A stretch of DNA of 60,438 nt, counting the filler. It is 5 parts of 5 records of this genome, joined end to end, with 100 filler letters (N's around TTAATTAATTAA, not from the genome) between each part and the next. Parts side by side here need not be neighbours in the genome. Positions count along the whole stretch, not along the records: positions 7,111 to 15,240 come from SRR20825006_2103; positions 15,341 to 28,604 come from SRR20825006_2105; 3 more parts are not named here. One strand, given 5' to 3'. Positions 8,923 through 19,316 of the stretch are shown here, piece after piece (the stretch's first letter is position 1; each line of letters opens with the position of its first letter). The notes beneath the pieces were generated by a model, which ran no database searches, was not told the origin of the DNA, and was given only the letters and a program-made list of their open reading frames with translations. The position numbers and the translations under genes were made by a program.

Positions 8923-10956
8923 GTGTCTGACGTGGTACGGGTCGATATTCAGGATCAAGTCGCGCGGGTGGAGATCAATAATCCGCCGGTGAACGCAACG
9001 GGGCAAGCGGTGCGCCAAGGGCTGCTGGATGCAGTGGCGCAGATCGAACAGGCTGGCGCGAAAGCCGCCATTGTTTATGGCGCGGGCCGCACTTTTGTGG
9101 CGGGCGGCGACATTTCAGAATTTGGCAAGCCACCGCAATTGCCGCACCTTCCAGATGTGTATCAAGCGATTGAAGACAGTAACGTGCCGTGGATCGCGGC
9201 GGTGCACGGCACCACTTTAGGCGGCGGCTTTGAACTGGCGATGGCCTGTGCCTTCCGATTGGCGCAAAAAGGCACGCGCTTCGGGCTGCCGGAAGTGAAT
9301 TTGGGCCTAGTGCCCGGTGCTGGCGGCTCACAACGCTTGCCGCGTTTGATTGGTGTAGATGCTGCGATTGATCTGGTGACCACGGGCAAAATGATTGGTG
9401 CCGCCGAGCTAAAAGAGCTAGGTGGATTAGACGGTGTCTTTGAAGGTGATCCGCTGGAAGCGAGCCTTAATTTTGCAGCCGATTTGCCTGCGCGCCCGAC
9501 CAAGGTCAGCGCCCGCGAGGTTGCGCCGGTGGATAGCGACTATTTCACGCAAAAACAGGCCGAGATCAAAAAACGCGCCAAGGGCCAATCGTCGCCACTC
9601 GACAATTTGAAGGCCATTGAATGGGCTGCCACGCTACCTTTTGCTGAAGGCCAACCCAAAGAGCGGCAATTGCATTTGGATCTTCGCGACAGCGCCCAAA
9701 GCCAAGCCTTGCGGCATGTGTTTTTTGCCGAACGCGCGGTGAGCAAGCCGAGAGCCATTGAGGGTGGCACGCCGATTGAAATTAACACAATCTGTGTGGT
9801 CGGCGGCGGCCTGATGGGCGCGGGCATCGCTTTTGCCTGCTTGCAGGCGGGCTATCAGGTGATTTTGATTGAGCGGGATGATGACGCGGCGAACGCTGGT
9901 CAGGACCGCATTTCAAACCTGATCGAGGGCGGCATCAAGCGCGGCAAAATTTCAGAAGAGAAAGCGGTGAAGCTGCGTACGGCACTCTCCGCATCATCAG
10001 ATTATGCTGCATCTGCGCCTGCCGATCTGGCGATCGAGGCCGTGTTTGAAGATTTGGCGGTGAAGCAGACGGTGTTCCAATCGCTGGCGGCGCATGTGCG
10101 CAACGACGCGATTTTGGCCACCAACACCTCCTATCTCGACCCAACCCAAATCTTTGATGGCATCGACAATCCGGCCCGCTTTATCGGCCTGCATTTCTTC
10201 TCGCCCGCGCACATTATGAAGCTGCTGGAAATCGTCAAACTGCCCACCACGTCAAAAGATGTGCTGGCCACAGGCTTTGATCTGGGCAAGCGCTTGCGCA
10301 AGGTTGGTGTGTTGTCCGGCATTTGCGACGGTTTTATCGGCAACCGCATCCTTTCCGCTTATCGCCGCCAAGCGGATTATTTGCTGATGGACGGGTGTAC
10401 GCCACGCCAGATTGACCGAGCCATGCGCGACTTTGGCATGCCGATGGGACCTTATGAGCTGCAAGATTTGACCGGGCTGCAAATTGCCTGGGCCAATCGC
10501 AAGCGACAGGCGGCGACACGCCCCGCAGACGAACGCTATGTGCGCATTGGCGATTTACTGTGCGAAGCGGAGCGGTTTGGCCAGCGCAGCCAAAAAGGCT
10601 GGTACAAATATGAGGATGGCGACCGCACACCGCAGGACGATCCGTTTGTGACGGACCTGATCACCGAAGAAGCCGTGCAGGCAGGTGTCACGCGCCGCGA
10701 CTTTACCGATCAGGAGATTGTGGATCGGCTGATGGCGGTGATGATCAATGAAGGCGCACTGATTGTTGAAGAAGGCATTGCCGAGCGTGAACTCGACGTC
10801 GATCTGGTGAAAATCCACGGCTATGGCTTCCCGCGCTGGCGCGGCGGTCCAATGCATTATGGCGAGCAGATCGGCATGGACAAGGTGAAACATGCTATGG
10901 CCAATGTGGTGGCGCAAAGCCCCAATAGCTGGCGCGTGGCGGGGAGGCTCAAATGA
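8923..10956 (+). CDS. Fused enoyl-CoA hydratase / 3-hydroxyacyl-CoA dehydrogenase (FadB/FadJ-like, PaaF/PaaH function)
   Basis: GTG start after GGGGAG. LGGGFELA and PEVNLG, then VVGGGLMG, TNTS, GLHFFSPA and GFIGNR. Confidence 0.92.
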   Translation: MSDVVRVDIQDQVARVEINNPPVNATGQAVRQGLLDAVAQIEQAGAKAAIVYGAGRTFVAGGDISEFGKPPQLPHLPDVYQAIEDSNVPWIAAVHGTTLGGGFELAMACAFRLAQKGTRFGLPEVNLGLVPGAGGSQRLPRLIGVDAAIDLVTTGKMIGAAELKELGGLDGVFEGDPLEASLNFAADLPARPTKVSAREVAPVDSDYFTQKQAEIKKRAKGQSSPLDNLKAIEWAATLPFAEGQPKERQLHLDLRDSAQSQALRHVFFAERAVSKPRAIEGGTPIEINTICVVGGGLMGAGIAFACLQAGYQVILIERDDDAANAGQDRISNLIEGGIKRGKISEEKAVKLRTALSASSDYAASAPADLAIEAVFEDLAVKQTVFQSLAAHVRNDAILATNTSYLDPTQIFDGIDNPARFIGLHFFSPAHIMKLLEIVKLPTTSKDVLATGFDLGKRLRKVGVLSGICDGFIGNRILSAYRRQADYLLMDGCTPRQIDRAMRDFGMPMGPYELQDLTGLQIAWANRKRQAATRPADERYVRIGDLLCEAERFGQRSQKGWYKYEDGDRTPQDDPFVTDLITEEAVQAGVTRRDFTDQEIVDRLMAVMINEGALIVEEGIAERELDVDLVKIHGYGFPRWRGGPMHYGEQIGMDKVKHAMANVVAQSPNSWRVAGRLK

Positions 10957-12170
10957 GCGAGATTGGCCGCGATTTGATCGATGGGTTTGATCTGAACCAT
11001 CCCCCTGCCGGGTTTATTCAGGACCCGTTCCCCTATTATCGCGCCATGCTGGCGCATCAACCGATTTTGCCGCAGCCGGATGGCTCTTTTATTCTGTCGC
11101 GTTTTGCCGATCTGGATCGCATCTATCGCGACACCACGCTTTATTCGTCAGACAAGAAGCAGGCCTTTTTGCCAAAGTTTGGCGGTGATGCGCCGCTTTA
11201 TGAGCATCACACCACGTCGCTGGTGTTTAACGACCCACCTTTGCACACGCGCGTGCGCAAAATCATGGTGGGTGCGCTCAATGCCCGTGCCATTGCCAAT
11301 ATGGAGCCTGGGCTGATCGAGACCATCGATATGCTTTTGGCCGACATGGCGGATCGCAATGAGGTAGATTTGATCGAAGATTTCGCCAGCAAAATCCCGA
11401 TCCAGATCATCGGCAATATGTTCAATATGCCGATGGAAGATCGGGAACCGTTGCGCGACTGGTCTTTGGCTATTTTGGGCGCACTTGAGCCAACGCTTAC
11501 ACCCGAGCAGGAAGCGTGGGGCAACCAGTCAGTCAAAGACTTTAAGCTTTATCTGAAAGACCTTGCCGACCATCGGCGCAAATATCCCGGCGATCCGGAA
11601 ACCGATGTGTTGACCCGCCTGATTGAGAGTGAAGAAGGCCAATTGTCTGAAACGGAATTGCTGCAAAATTGCATTTTCATTCTCAATGCGGGCCACGAAA
11701 CCACCACCAATTTGATCGGCAATGCCCTGGCGGTGCTGCATGACTTTCCAGACCAGATGCAGGCGCTGAAAGCGGATCCGGATTTGATCAAAACCGGGGT
11801 TGATGAGTTTTTGCGTTTTCTGTCGCCCAACCAGTTTGGCAACCGGGAAACCACTGAAGATATGGAGCTGGACGGGTTTGAGTTCCCCAAGGGCACCAAT
11901 TTGCATTTGTGCATTGGCGCGGCCAATCGCGATCCGGCGCAATTTGATCAACCGGATCAATTGATCCTGTCGCGCAAGCCAAATCGGCATTTGGCGTTTG
12001 CGGGCGGACCGCACCTTTGTGTGGGCTTTCAATTGGCGCGGATGGAGGGCCGCATCGCGGTCAACCGGTTCCTCAAGGCCTATCCAGATTACAAATTGAC
12101 AGGCGAAGCAGAGCTGGGCGGGCGCATCCGCTTCCGCGGCTATGCGAAACTGCCTGCGACATTAAAATAG
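10953..12170 (+). CDS. Cytochrome P450
   Basis: I-helix AGHETT, ExxR (EFLR) and heme motif FAGGPHLCVG. ATGA overlap with the upstream gene. Confidence 0.96.
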   Translation: MSEIGRDLIDGFDLNHPPAGFIQDPFPYYRAMLAHQPILPQPDGSFILSRFADLDRIYRDTTLYSSDKKQAFLPKFGGDAPLYEHHTTSLVFNDPPLHTRVRKIMVGALNARAIANMEPGLIETIDMLLADMADRNEVDLIEDFASKIPIQIIGNMFNMPMEDREPLRDWSLAILGALEPTLTPEQEAWGNQSVKDFKLYLKDLADHRRKYPGDPETDVLTRLIESEEGQLSETELLQNCIFILNAGHETTTNLIGNALAVLHDFPDQMQALKADPDLIKTGVDEFLRFLSPNQFGNRETTEDMELDGFEFPKGTNLHLCIGAANRDPAQFDQPDQLILSRKPNRHLAFAGGPHLCVGFQLARMEGRIAVNRFLKAYPDYKLTGEAELGGRIRFRGYAKLPATLK

Positions 12171-12180
12171 AGGGTTTAAA

Positions 12181-14220
12181 ATGACTTTGATGCAATTAGA
12201 AAGCTTTGCTGCAGGCCAATGGGTGGCCCCTTCCGGCAGGATGCGGAAAATTTATTCTGCGGTGACGGGCGAAGAGATCGCCGAAGCGGGCTCGGACAAG
12301 CTCGACTTCCAGCAAATGATCGATTTTGCCAAACAAAAGGGCGGCCCGGCGCTGCGCAAAATGACCTTTCATGACCGCGCCCGCATGCTGAAAGCCTTGG
12401 CGACTTATCTGAATGACCGCCGCGATCCGCTTTATGAATTGTCGTATAAAACTGGCGCCACCTTGGCCGACAGCAAAATCGATATTGATGGCGGCATCGG
12501 CACTGTTTTTGTTTATGCCTCCAAAGGCCGTCGGGAAATGCCCGACGCGCATATTTATCCGGATGGCGACCTCGAAATCTTGTCGCGCAATGGCACGTTT
12601 TTGGGCCAGCATTATTGCACGCCATTGCTAGGTGTCGCGGTGCATATTAATGCGTTCAACTTCCCGGTTTGGGGCATGTTGGAAAAACTCGCCCCCACCC
12701 TGTTGGCGGGTGTCCCTGCGATTGTGAAACCCGCCACCTCCACCTCTTACGTCACCGAAGCGTGCGTGAAAATGATGGTGGAAAGCGGCATTTTGCCAGA
12801 AGGCGCGATCCAGTTGGTGATGGGCGGTACAGGCGATTTGCTTGATCGTTTGGATTGCCAAGATGTGGTGAGCTTCACTGGCTCCGCCGCCACAGCGTCC
12901 TACCTCAAATCTAATGAGAATATCCAGAAGAACGGCGTGCGTTTTATCGCCGAGCAAGATAGCTTAAATGCCTCTGTGCTTGGGCCGGACGTGACACCGG
13001 AGACACCTGAATTCGATCTGTTCATCAAAGAAGTGTTGCGCGAGATGACCGCCAAGGCGGGCCAAAAATGTACGGCCATCCGCCGGATGATTGTGCCGGA
13101 CGCGCAGGTGCAAAATGTGATCGATGCATTGAGCGCCAAGCTGGCCAAAAATGTGATTGGTGATCCCACCGCCGAGGGCACCCGCATGGGCCCTTTGGCG
13201 TCGCTGGATCAGAAAAAGGATGTGCTGGAAAAAGCAGCCGAAATCGGCACCGAGTGCGAGCTTGTTTTTGGTGATCAGGACAATTTGCAACTCAATGGCG
13301 AAGGCTTGGACAATGGCGCTTTTGTTGCGCCCATGTTGTTCCATTGTAAAGACCCGGACAAGGCTACCATCGTACATAGCACAGAAGCCTTTGGCCCCGT
13401 GGCCACGGTGATGGGCTATCGTGATCTTGGCCATGCGATTGAGTTGATGAACAAGGGCGGCGGCTCGCTCGTCGCTTCTGTCATCACCCATGATGCCGAT
13501 GTGGCTCGGGAAATGACAATGGGCGCTGCGGCGTGGCACGGGCGGCTCTATTTCAACAACCGCGACAGCATGAAAGAATCCACCGGCCATGGCTCGCCCC
13601 TGCCGCATATGGTGCATGGTGGCCCGGGCCGCGCGGGCGGCGGCGAAGAATTGGGCGGCGTGCGTGGTGTCACCCATTATATGCAGCGCACCGCGGTACA
13701 AGGCAGCCCGGACCTCTTGACCGGCATTGGCGGTACTTATGTGAAAGGCGCGCGCTTTAAAGAAGGCCCTGCCCATCCGTTCACCCGCACCTTCCACGAG
13801 TTGGAAATTGGCGAAACGATCCAAACCAAATCACGCACCGTGACGCTTGAAGATATTGAGCATTTCGCCCATTTCACAGGCGACACTTTCTATGCCCATA
13901 TGGATGAGGAAGCGGCGGAGGCCAATCCGTTCTTCCCCGGTCGTGTGGCGCATGGCTATTTGCTCTTGAGCTTTGCGGCGGGCTTGTTTGTGCAGCCTGA
14001 CCCTGGCCCTGTTCTGGCCAATACGGGGTTGAATAGCCTCAGCTTCCAAAAGCCGGTGAGCCCGGGTGATGAAGTGCGCGTGACGCTGACCGTGAAGCGC
14101 AAAACCAAGCGGACTGACGAATATGGCGAAGTGCGCTGGCACGTGAATATGTTCAATCAGGATGATGAACAAGTTGCCGAATATGAGCTTTTGACCATGG
14201 TGGCGTTTGAGCGTACATAA
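12181..14220 (+). CDS. paaZ: Bifunctional oxepin-CoA hydrolase / aldehyde dehydrogenase PaaZ
   Basis: ALDH part [14 protein letters not shown] and AGQKCTA; C-terminal MaoC domain [11 protein letters not shown] and RVAHGY. Confidence 0.96.
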   Translation: MTLMQLESFAAGQWVAPSGRMRKIYSAVTGEEIAEAGSDKLDFQQMIDFAKQKGGPALRKMTFHDRARMLKALATYLNDRRDPLYELSYKTGATLADSKIDIDGGIGTVFVYASKGRREMPDAHIYPDGDLEILSRNGTFLGQHYCTPLLGVAVHINAFNFPVWGMLEKLAPTLLAGVPAIVKPATSTSYVTEACVKMMVESGILPEGAIQLVMGGTGDLLDRLDCQDVVSFTGSAATASYLKSNENIQKNGVRFIAEQDSLNASVLGPDVTPETPEFDLFIKEVLREMTAKAGQKCTAIRRMIVPDAQVQNVIDALSAKLAKNVIGDPTAEGTRMGPLASLDQKKDVLEKAAEIGTECELVFGDQDNLQLNGEGLDNGAFVAPMLFHCKDPDKATIVHSTEAFGPVATVMGYRDLGHAIELMNKGGGSLVASVITHDADVAREMTMGAAAWHGRLYFNNRDSMKESTGHGSPLPHMVHGGPGRAGGGEELGGVRGVTHYMQRTAVQGSPDLLTGIGGTYVKGARFKEGPAHPFTRTFHELEIGETIQTKSRTVTLEDIEHFAHFTGDTFYAHMDEEAAEANPFFPGRVAHGYLLLSFAAGLFVQPDPGPVLANTGLNSLSFQKPVSPGDEVRVTLTVKRKTKRTDEYGEVRWHVNMFNQDDEQVAEYELLTMVAFERT

Positions 14221-14225
14221 AGTGC

Positions 14226-15089
14226 ATGAGTGCACCGCATAAGCTGATTTCACCTTTAATCGACCATCTGCATTCAGATGGTCGATTGCGCGTTTGGTCT
14301 GTGGTCATCACCATTTTTGGTGATGCCGTGCAGCCCCATGGGGGCACGGTGGCCATGGCCGATTTGCAAACCATCTTGGGCCATATGGGCGTTGAAAATG
14401 GCGCCTTGCGCACGGCCATGTCGCGCCTGGCAAAAGAAGGCTGGGTGACGCGCGACCGCCAAGGCCGCAACAGCTTTTACCGCTTGTCTCCCGCCGGGCT
14501 GAAAAGCTTTATCCCTGCCACCGAAAAGATCTACCGTGCCCAATATGCGCAGACACCGGAAAAACTGATATTTGCTATCGGTCCCGATGTGATCGGCACC
14601 GCCCGTGAACAGCTGAACGCACTGCTGGCCGGATTTGGCGGCATGGCACTGCGCAACGGCGTGGCATTGTTTGCAGACCCGAGCAAACACTTATTGCAGC
14701 AATTGCAGCAAGCCGACCTTTTGCTGATCGATGCGGGTGTAGAAGAACTGCCGCGCTGGGTAGCGGAGAAGTTGGAACTGACAGAGATTGAGGCAGATTA
14801 TCAGTCCCTGCTCAATCGGTTCACGCCGCTGGGCGAGCAAGCCGAACAATTGGCCGACCTCTCCCCAATCGATGCCCTATGCGCCCGCATTTTGTTGATC
14901 CATGAATGGCGGCGGCTGATCTTGAAACAACCGCCCCTCCCCGCGCATTTATTACCCGCAGACTGGCCCGGCGCTGCCGCCCACCATCTGGTGAGCGCGC
15001 TTTATCGGCAGTTGATTGGGCCGTCTGAGAACTGGTGGTCGAACGGCAATGGTGCTGAGGCACGGATAGTGTTGGCTGAGCGGTTTTGA
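14226..15089 (+). CDS. paaX: PaaX-family transcriptional regulator
   Basis: WSVVITIFGD, RTAMSRL...GRNSFYRL and RILLIHEWRR...LLPADWPG. Confidence 0.88.
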   Translation: MSAPHKLISPLIDHLHSDGRLRVWSVVITIFGDAVQPHGGTVAMADLQTILGHMGVENGALRTAMSRLAKEGWVTRDRQGRNSFYRLSPAGLKSFIPATEKIYRAQYAQTPEKLIFAIGPDVIGTAREQLNALLAGFGGMALRNGVALFADPSKHLLQQLQQADLLLIDAGVEELPRWVAEKLELTEIEADYQSLLNRFTPLGEQAEQLADLSPIDALCARILLIHEWRRLILKQPPLPAHLLPADWPGAAAHHLVSALYRQLIGPSENWWSNGNGAEARIVLAERF

Positions 15090-15099
15090 GTTCACGCAA

Positions 15100-15240
15100 A
15101 CCATCCCGGCTCTGAGCCGGGATCAAAAGCTGCAAGACCCCGCATCAAGTGCGGGGTGGTGGGTTCGGCAAAGGCGTATTGGATTTCTCCGAGCCATACT
15201 CCGCACACCCACGTCATTACCGGGCTTGACCCGGTAATCC
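15100..15240. repeat. Cluster of REP-like palindromes at the contig end
   Basis: ATCCCGGCTC-t-GAGCCGGGAT (15103-15123), ACCCCGCA-tcaag-TGCGGGGT (15137-15157) and ATTACCGGG-cttga-CCCGGTAAT (15216-15238). Confidence 0.75.
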
Positions 15241-15340
15241 NNNNNNNNNNNNNNNNNNNNNNNNNNNNNNNNNNNNNNNNNNNNTTAATTAATTAANNNN
15301 NNNNNNNNNNNNNNNNNNNNNNNNNNNNNNNNNNNNNNNN
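15241..15340. other. Artificial contig linker
   Basis: N44-TTAATTAATTAA-N44. Confidence 0.99.
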
Positions 15341-15341
15341 T

Positions 15342-16193
15342 GATTTTCCGGTATTTGAGCCGGGTTGGGTTTGGCTGGTCGGCGCAGGTCCGGGTGATCC
15401 CGGTTTGCTGACGCTTCATGCTGTCAATGCGATGCAGCAGGCCGATATTGTTGTCTATGATGCGTTGGTTGATGACCGGATTCTCAATCTTTTGCGTTCG
15501 GATGCCAAGCGTGTTTATGCCGGGAAGCGCGGTGGTCGGCCGTCTTCAAAGCAAACGGATATATCCCTGCAGCTTGTTGATTACGCCAAGCAGGGCTTAA
15601 GGGTTCTGCGGCTTAAAGGTGGTGATCCGTTTGTTTTTGGCCGCGGTGGTGAAGAAGGCCTGACGCTGGTTGAACATAATGTGCCGTTCCGGGTCGTGCC
15701 GGGTATTACGGCGGGGATTGCCGGTGCGGCCTATGCCGGGATTCCAACAACGCATCGTGATTGCAATTCATCGGTAACCTTTGTCACAGGCCACGGTTCA
15801 AGTGGCGAAATGCCCGATAACATTAATTGGGCGGCTCTTGCCAAAGGGGCGCCGGTATTGGTGCTGTATATGGCGATGAAGCATTTGCGCCGTATTTCAT
15901 CGGAACTGATGGCCAATGGACGATCCGGTGACGAACCACTTGCGGTTATCAATCAGGCAACAACCCCCAATCAGGGCATTCTGATTTCGACGCTTGCCAA
16001 TGCGGCCGATGATGTCGAAAAAGCCGGTGTGGAACCGCCGGCAGTTTGTATTCTGGGCAAGGTGGTCGACTTGCGCGACCGGTTGAACTGGCTTTCGCCG
16101 CAGGATGACGTCAAAGCCGTGCGCCATGTTCCGTTCGAACAGGTTCTTGACCTTATTACCATGCCGGCGGATGCGAACGTTTCCAAATCCTGA
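15342..16193 (+). CDS. cobA: Uroporphyrinogen-III C-methyltransferase (5' truncated)
   Basis: VWLVGAGPGDPGLLT, VVYDALV, RLKGGDPFVFGRGGEE and VPGITA. Confidence 0.95.
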   Translation, partial: DFPVFEPGWVWLVGAGPGDPGLLTLHAVNAMQQADIVVYDALVDDRILNLLRSDAKRVYAGKRGGRPSSKQTDISLQLVDYAKQGLRVLRLKGGDPFVFGRGGEEGLTLVEHNVPFRVVPGITAGIAGAAYAGIPTTHRDCNSSVTFVTGHGSSGEMPDNINWAALAKGAPVLVLYMAMKHLRRISSELMANGRSGDEPLAVINQATTPNQGILISTLANAADDVEKAGVEPPAVCILGKVVDLRDRLNWLSPQDDVKAVRHVPFEQVLDLITMPADANVSKS

Positions 16194-16271
16194 GTTCCGG
16201 ATTGATCTATATCGTTGTTCACAATGGATCGGCGCGTCACAATCGACGCAACTGATCATTTCGGGTGGATC

Positions 16272-17060
16272 ATGGACGAACAACAGATACTGATCCGCAT
16301 CATCGAAAGCGGCTGGGCACAATGCATGACTGTTTTGCAAGAAGACAGCGGCGTTTTGGCGACAGCATTGATTGCCGGACTTGTCGGCAGTGCCACGCAC
16401 TGTGTTGGGATGTGTGGGCCATTTGTGATCAGTCAGGTCACGTCGCGCATGGAAAAGCTGCCGCTTGAAAAGATGAGCGAGCTTCGCCGACTTACCGGGG
16501 CCGCCTTATTGCCTTATCAGTTTGGCCGATTGACGACCTATACCCTGCTTGGTGTGATGGCGGGCTTTTTCGCCGATAGCATCACGGTGCTGACCAAAAT
16601 CTGGTGGTTGGGGCCTATGTTGCTTTTGTGTGCGGCACTTTTCTTTCTGGTCTTTGGGGTAATCGGTCTGGTGCCACATCTTGCCGGGCTGTTTCCAAAC
16701 GTGGCTGGAGGAAACGCTGCGGGGGCATGGTGGAACCGTGTGGTTGGTGACCGCATTAAACCGCTATTTGGTGCGCCATTTGGCTGGCGGGGTTATCTGC
16801 TGGGGATCATGCTTGGATTTATTCCCTGCGGTCTGATTTATGGTGCGCTGGTTCTGGCGGCCGCAGGTGGCAATGTATTGACCGGCGGGTTCGTCATGGC
16901 GGTATTTGGTCTTGGCACCGTGCCGATGCTGTTTGCAACGGGCGTGATCGGCCAGTATGCCACCCGACGTTTTCGTGCTTTTATGGCACCGGTCGGTCGG
17001 GGGCTTATGGTCGTTAACGCCATCATCCTTGCCATGCTGGCATTTCATCAGATCGGATAA
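16272..17060 (+). CDS. DsbD_2 / TauE-SafE-like membrane protein with metal-binding Cys motifs
   Basis: HCVGMCGP and GFIPCGLIY motifs, about six TM helices; start codon uncertain. Confidence 0.82.
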   Translation: MDEQQILIRIIESGWAQCMTVLQEDSGVLATALIAGLVGSATHCVGMCGPFVISQVTSRMEKLPLEKMSELRRLTGAALLPYQFGRLTTYTLLGVMAGFFADSITVLTKIWWLGPMLLLCAALFFLVFGVIGLVPHLAGLFPNVAGGNAAGAWWNRVVGDRIKPLFGAPFGWRGYLLGIMLGFIPCGLIYGALVLAAAGGNVLTGGFVMAVFGLGTVPMLFATGVIGQYATRRFRAFMAPVGRGLMVVNAIILAMLAFHQIG

Positions 17061-17215
17061 TTTTGCGAATTCGCAATGACGCTATTGTGAGCCATGGCAC
17101 AGTCACGGGTCTTGCATGATCGTTTTGCGGATTTATAGTGCCCGCAAGACAGTGGGTTATTCATCCGGTTGATTGCGGCAAAGGTAATCCCGGGACAAAA
17201 GGAACAGGTAGCGGC

Positions 17216-17836
17216 GTGAGCAGGAAAACACTCGTAATCATTCTGGCGATTGCGCTGGTTCTCGGAATCGGATTGACCTATCGACTGATGATGATGGGAT
17301 CGGAAACCGCATCTTCAAGTTCGGGTGCTGCGGCAATTGGCGGACCGTTTGAACTGGTTGATCAAAATGGTCAGACCCGCACCGAACAGGATTTCCGCGG
17401 AAAATACATGCTGATTTATTTCGGTTATACCTATTGTCCGGACGTTTGCCCGACCGAATTGCAGGTGATGGGCAATGCGCTTGATGCTCTTGATCCCGAA
17501 ATTGCCAATGAAGTAACGCCGGTTTTCATTTCGGTTGATCCGGAACGCGATACAGTTGACGCGATTGCGGCTTATGTTCCCCATTTTCATGAACGTATGG
17601 TCGGCCTGACCGGAACGCTTGAACAGACTACAGCCGCGGCAAAGACTTTCCGTGTGTATTACGCTAAGGCATATGCTGACGGGGAAGCAAAGGATTCGGA
17701 TGCCTATCTGATGGACCATTCGTCCTTTGTGTATCTGATGGGACGTGATGGGTCATTTATCCGTCACTTTAATTACGGAACAGCCCCGGAAGATATGGCA
17801 AAGGGCATTGCCGAAGTCGTTAAGAAGAACGGATGA
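17216..17836 (+). CDS. SCO1/SenC copper chaperone
   Basis: TM anchor, [10 protein letters not shown], CxxxC motif [17 protein letters not shown] and MDHS. Confidence 0.93.
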   Translation: MSRKTLVIILAIALVLGIGLTYRLMMMGSETASSSSGAAAIGGPFELVDQNGQTRTEQDFRGKYMLIYFGYTYCPDVCPTELQVMGNALDALDPEIANEVTPVFISVDPERDTVDAIAAYVPHFHERMVGLTGTLEQTTAAAKTFRVYYAKAYADGEAKDSDAYLMDHSSFVYLMGRDGSFIRHFNYGTAPEDMAKGIAEVVKKNG

Positions 17837-17891
17837 TTACCGCGTTTCTGTAGGGATCAGTTTGTGCGGCATTCAGGGAAATCGGAAGAAT

Positions 17892-19232
17892 ATGGAATTA
17901 TCTGCAATGCAGCTTCCGGGCCTGATTATTGCCGCACCTTCGTCAAATAGCGGCAAGACGGTTCTGACGCTTGGCCTTTTGCGTGCACTTGCCAATCGGG
18001 GTGTTCGTGTAGCGGCGGCGAAAACCGGACCGGACTATATAGACCCGGCATTTCAGGCCGCTGCATGCCGAGAAAAATGTATCAATCTTGATCCTTGGGC
18101 GATGTCCGGTGATCAGATCGTTGCGCTTGCCCAGCGGCAGGCCGGGGAGAAGTCACTTCTTCTTTGCGAAGGTGTGATGGGGTTGTTTGACGGGGCAGCG
18201 GACGGCAGTGGGTCAACGGCCGATCTTGCGGCGATGATGAACTGGCCTGTGGTGCTGGTTATTGACGTCAAGGGGCAGTCGGCATCGGCTGCCGCGGTGA
18301 TCGCCGGGTTCGCCGGCTTTCGCAAAGATGTGAAAATTGCGGCTGTGATCCTGAACCGGGTTGGCAGTGATCGGCATCGTATGATGATTGAAACGGCGTG
18401 CCGCGAACATCTTCCGGAAATTCCTGTGATCGGGGCGGTCCGGCGCAGTGATGCATTATCGCTGCCCGAACGGCATCTTGGCCTTGTGCAGGCAGGCGAA
18501 CATGACGCGCTTGATGTGTTTCTTGATCAGGCGGCCGGGATTATTGCCGAGGATGTCAATCTTGATCAGTTGATCGGTCTGGTACGCGGGCGGAAACTTG
18601 CGGTGGGGGCTGGTGATGGTTCGGATGCGGTTGGCATCGGTATCCCGCCATTGGGGCAGCATATCGCCATCGCACGGGATACGGCTTTTGCCTTTGCCTA
18701 TCCCCATCTTCTTGAAGACTGGCGCCGTCAGGGGGCGGAATTATCGTTCTTTTCCCCGCTTGCCGATGAAACCCCAAGCAATGGGGCGAACGCGGTCTAT
18801 CTGCCGGGCGGTTATCCGGAACTGCATGGTGAACAACTGGCGAATGCGGGAAATTTCAAAGCGGCAATCGCGGCGATGGCAGTCAGAAATATCCCGATCT
18901 ACGGCGAATGCGGTGGCTATATGATACTGGGCGAGGCATTGATTGATGCAACTGGCCAACATCACCAGATGCTTGGGCTTTTGCCCCTTGTGACGAGCTT
19001 TGCTGATCGCAAGCTGCATTTGGGATATCGAACACTGGTTTTGTCCGGGGCAACAGCTTTGGGGCCGGTTGGGACCGTTCTTCGCGGGCACGAGTTTCAC
19101 TATGCCTCGACGATCAAAGCCGATGGTACGCCCCTTGGAAACATGGCCACGGCAACTGGTGGTGACCTTGGCAGTGCCGGTTTGATGAAGGGCAGTGTTT
19201 TCGGCTCGTTCTTTCATCTGATCTGCCAGTAG
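17892..19232 (+). CDS. cobB: Cobyrinate/hydrogenobyrinate a,c-diamide synthase
   Basis: SNSGKT, KTGPDYID, EGVMGLFDG, ERHLGL, GGYPELH, ECGGY and GHEFHY. Confidence 0.95.
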   Translation: MELSAMQLPGLIIAAPSSNSGKTVLTLGLLRALANRGVRVAAAKTGPDYIDPAFQAAACREKCINLDPWAMSGDQIVALAQRQAGEKSLLLCEGVMGLFDGAADGSGSTADLAAMMNWPVVLVIDVKGQSASAAAVIAGFAGFRKDVKIAAVILNRVGSDRHRMMIETACREHLPEIPVIGAVRRSDALSLPERHLGLVQAGEHDALDVFLDQAAGIIAEDVNLDQLIGLVRGRKLAVGAGDGSDAVGIGIPPLGQHIAIARDTAFAFAYPHLLEDWRRQGAELSFFSPLADETPSNGANAVYLPGGYPELHGEQLANAGNFKAAIAAMAVRNIPIYGECGGYMILGEALIDATGQHHQMLGLLPLVTSFADRKLHLGYRTLVLSGATALGPVGTVLRGHEFHYASTIKADGTPLGNMATATGGDLGSAGLMKGSVFGSFFHLICQ

Positions 19233-19316
19233 CTTCGATTGGTGATCTTTGCGGTTTGGAAGTCCGCCATATGCTATAATCCAAAAATAATAAAATGATG
19301 CCGGACGAGAGAGACG

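Noticed and set aside
12181-14220. PaaZ as a defective, tropone-producing variant
   Set aside because: The ALDH domain is full length with catalytic Cys (GQKC) and Glu retained, and no tropodithietic acid or tropolone tailoring genes are visible.
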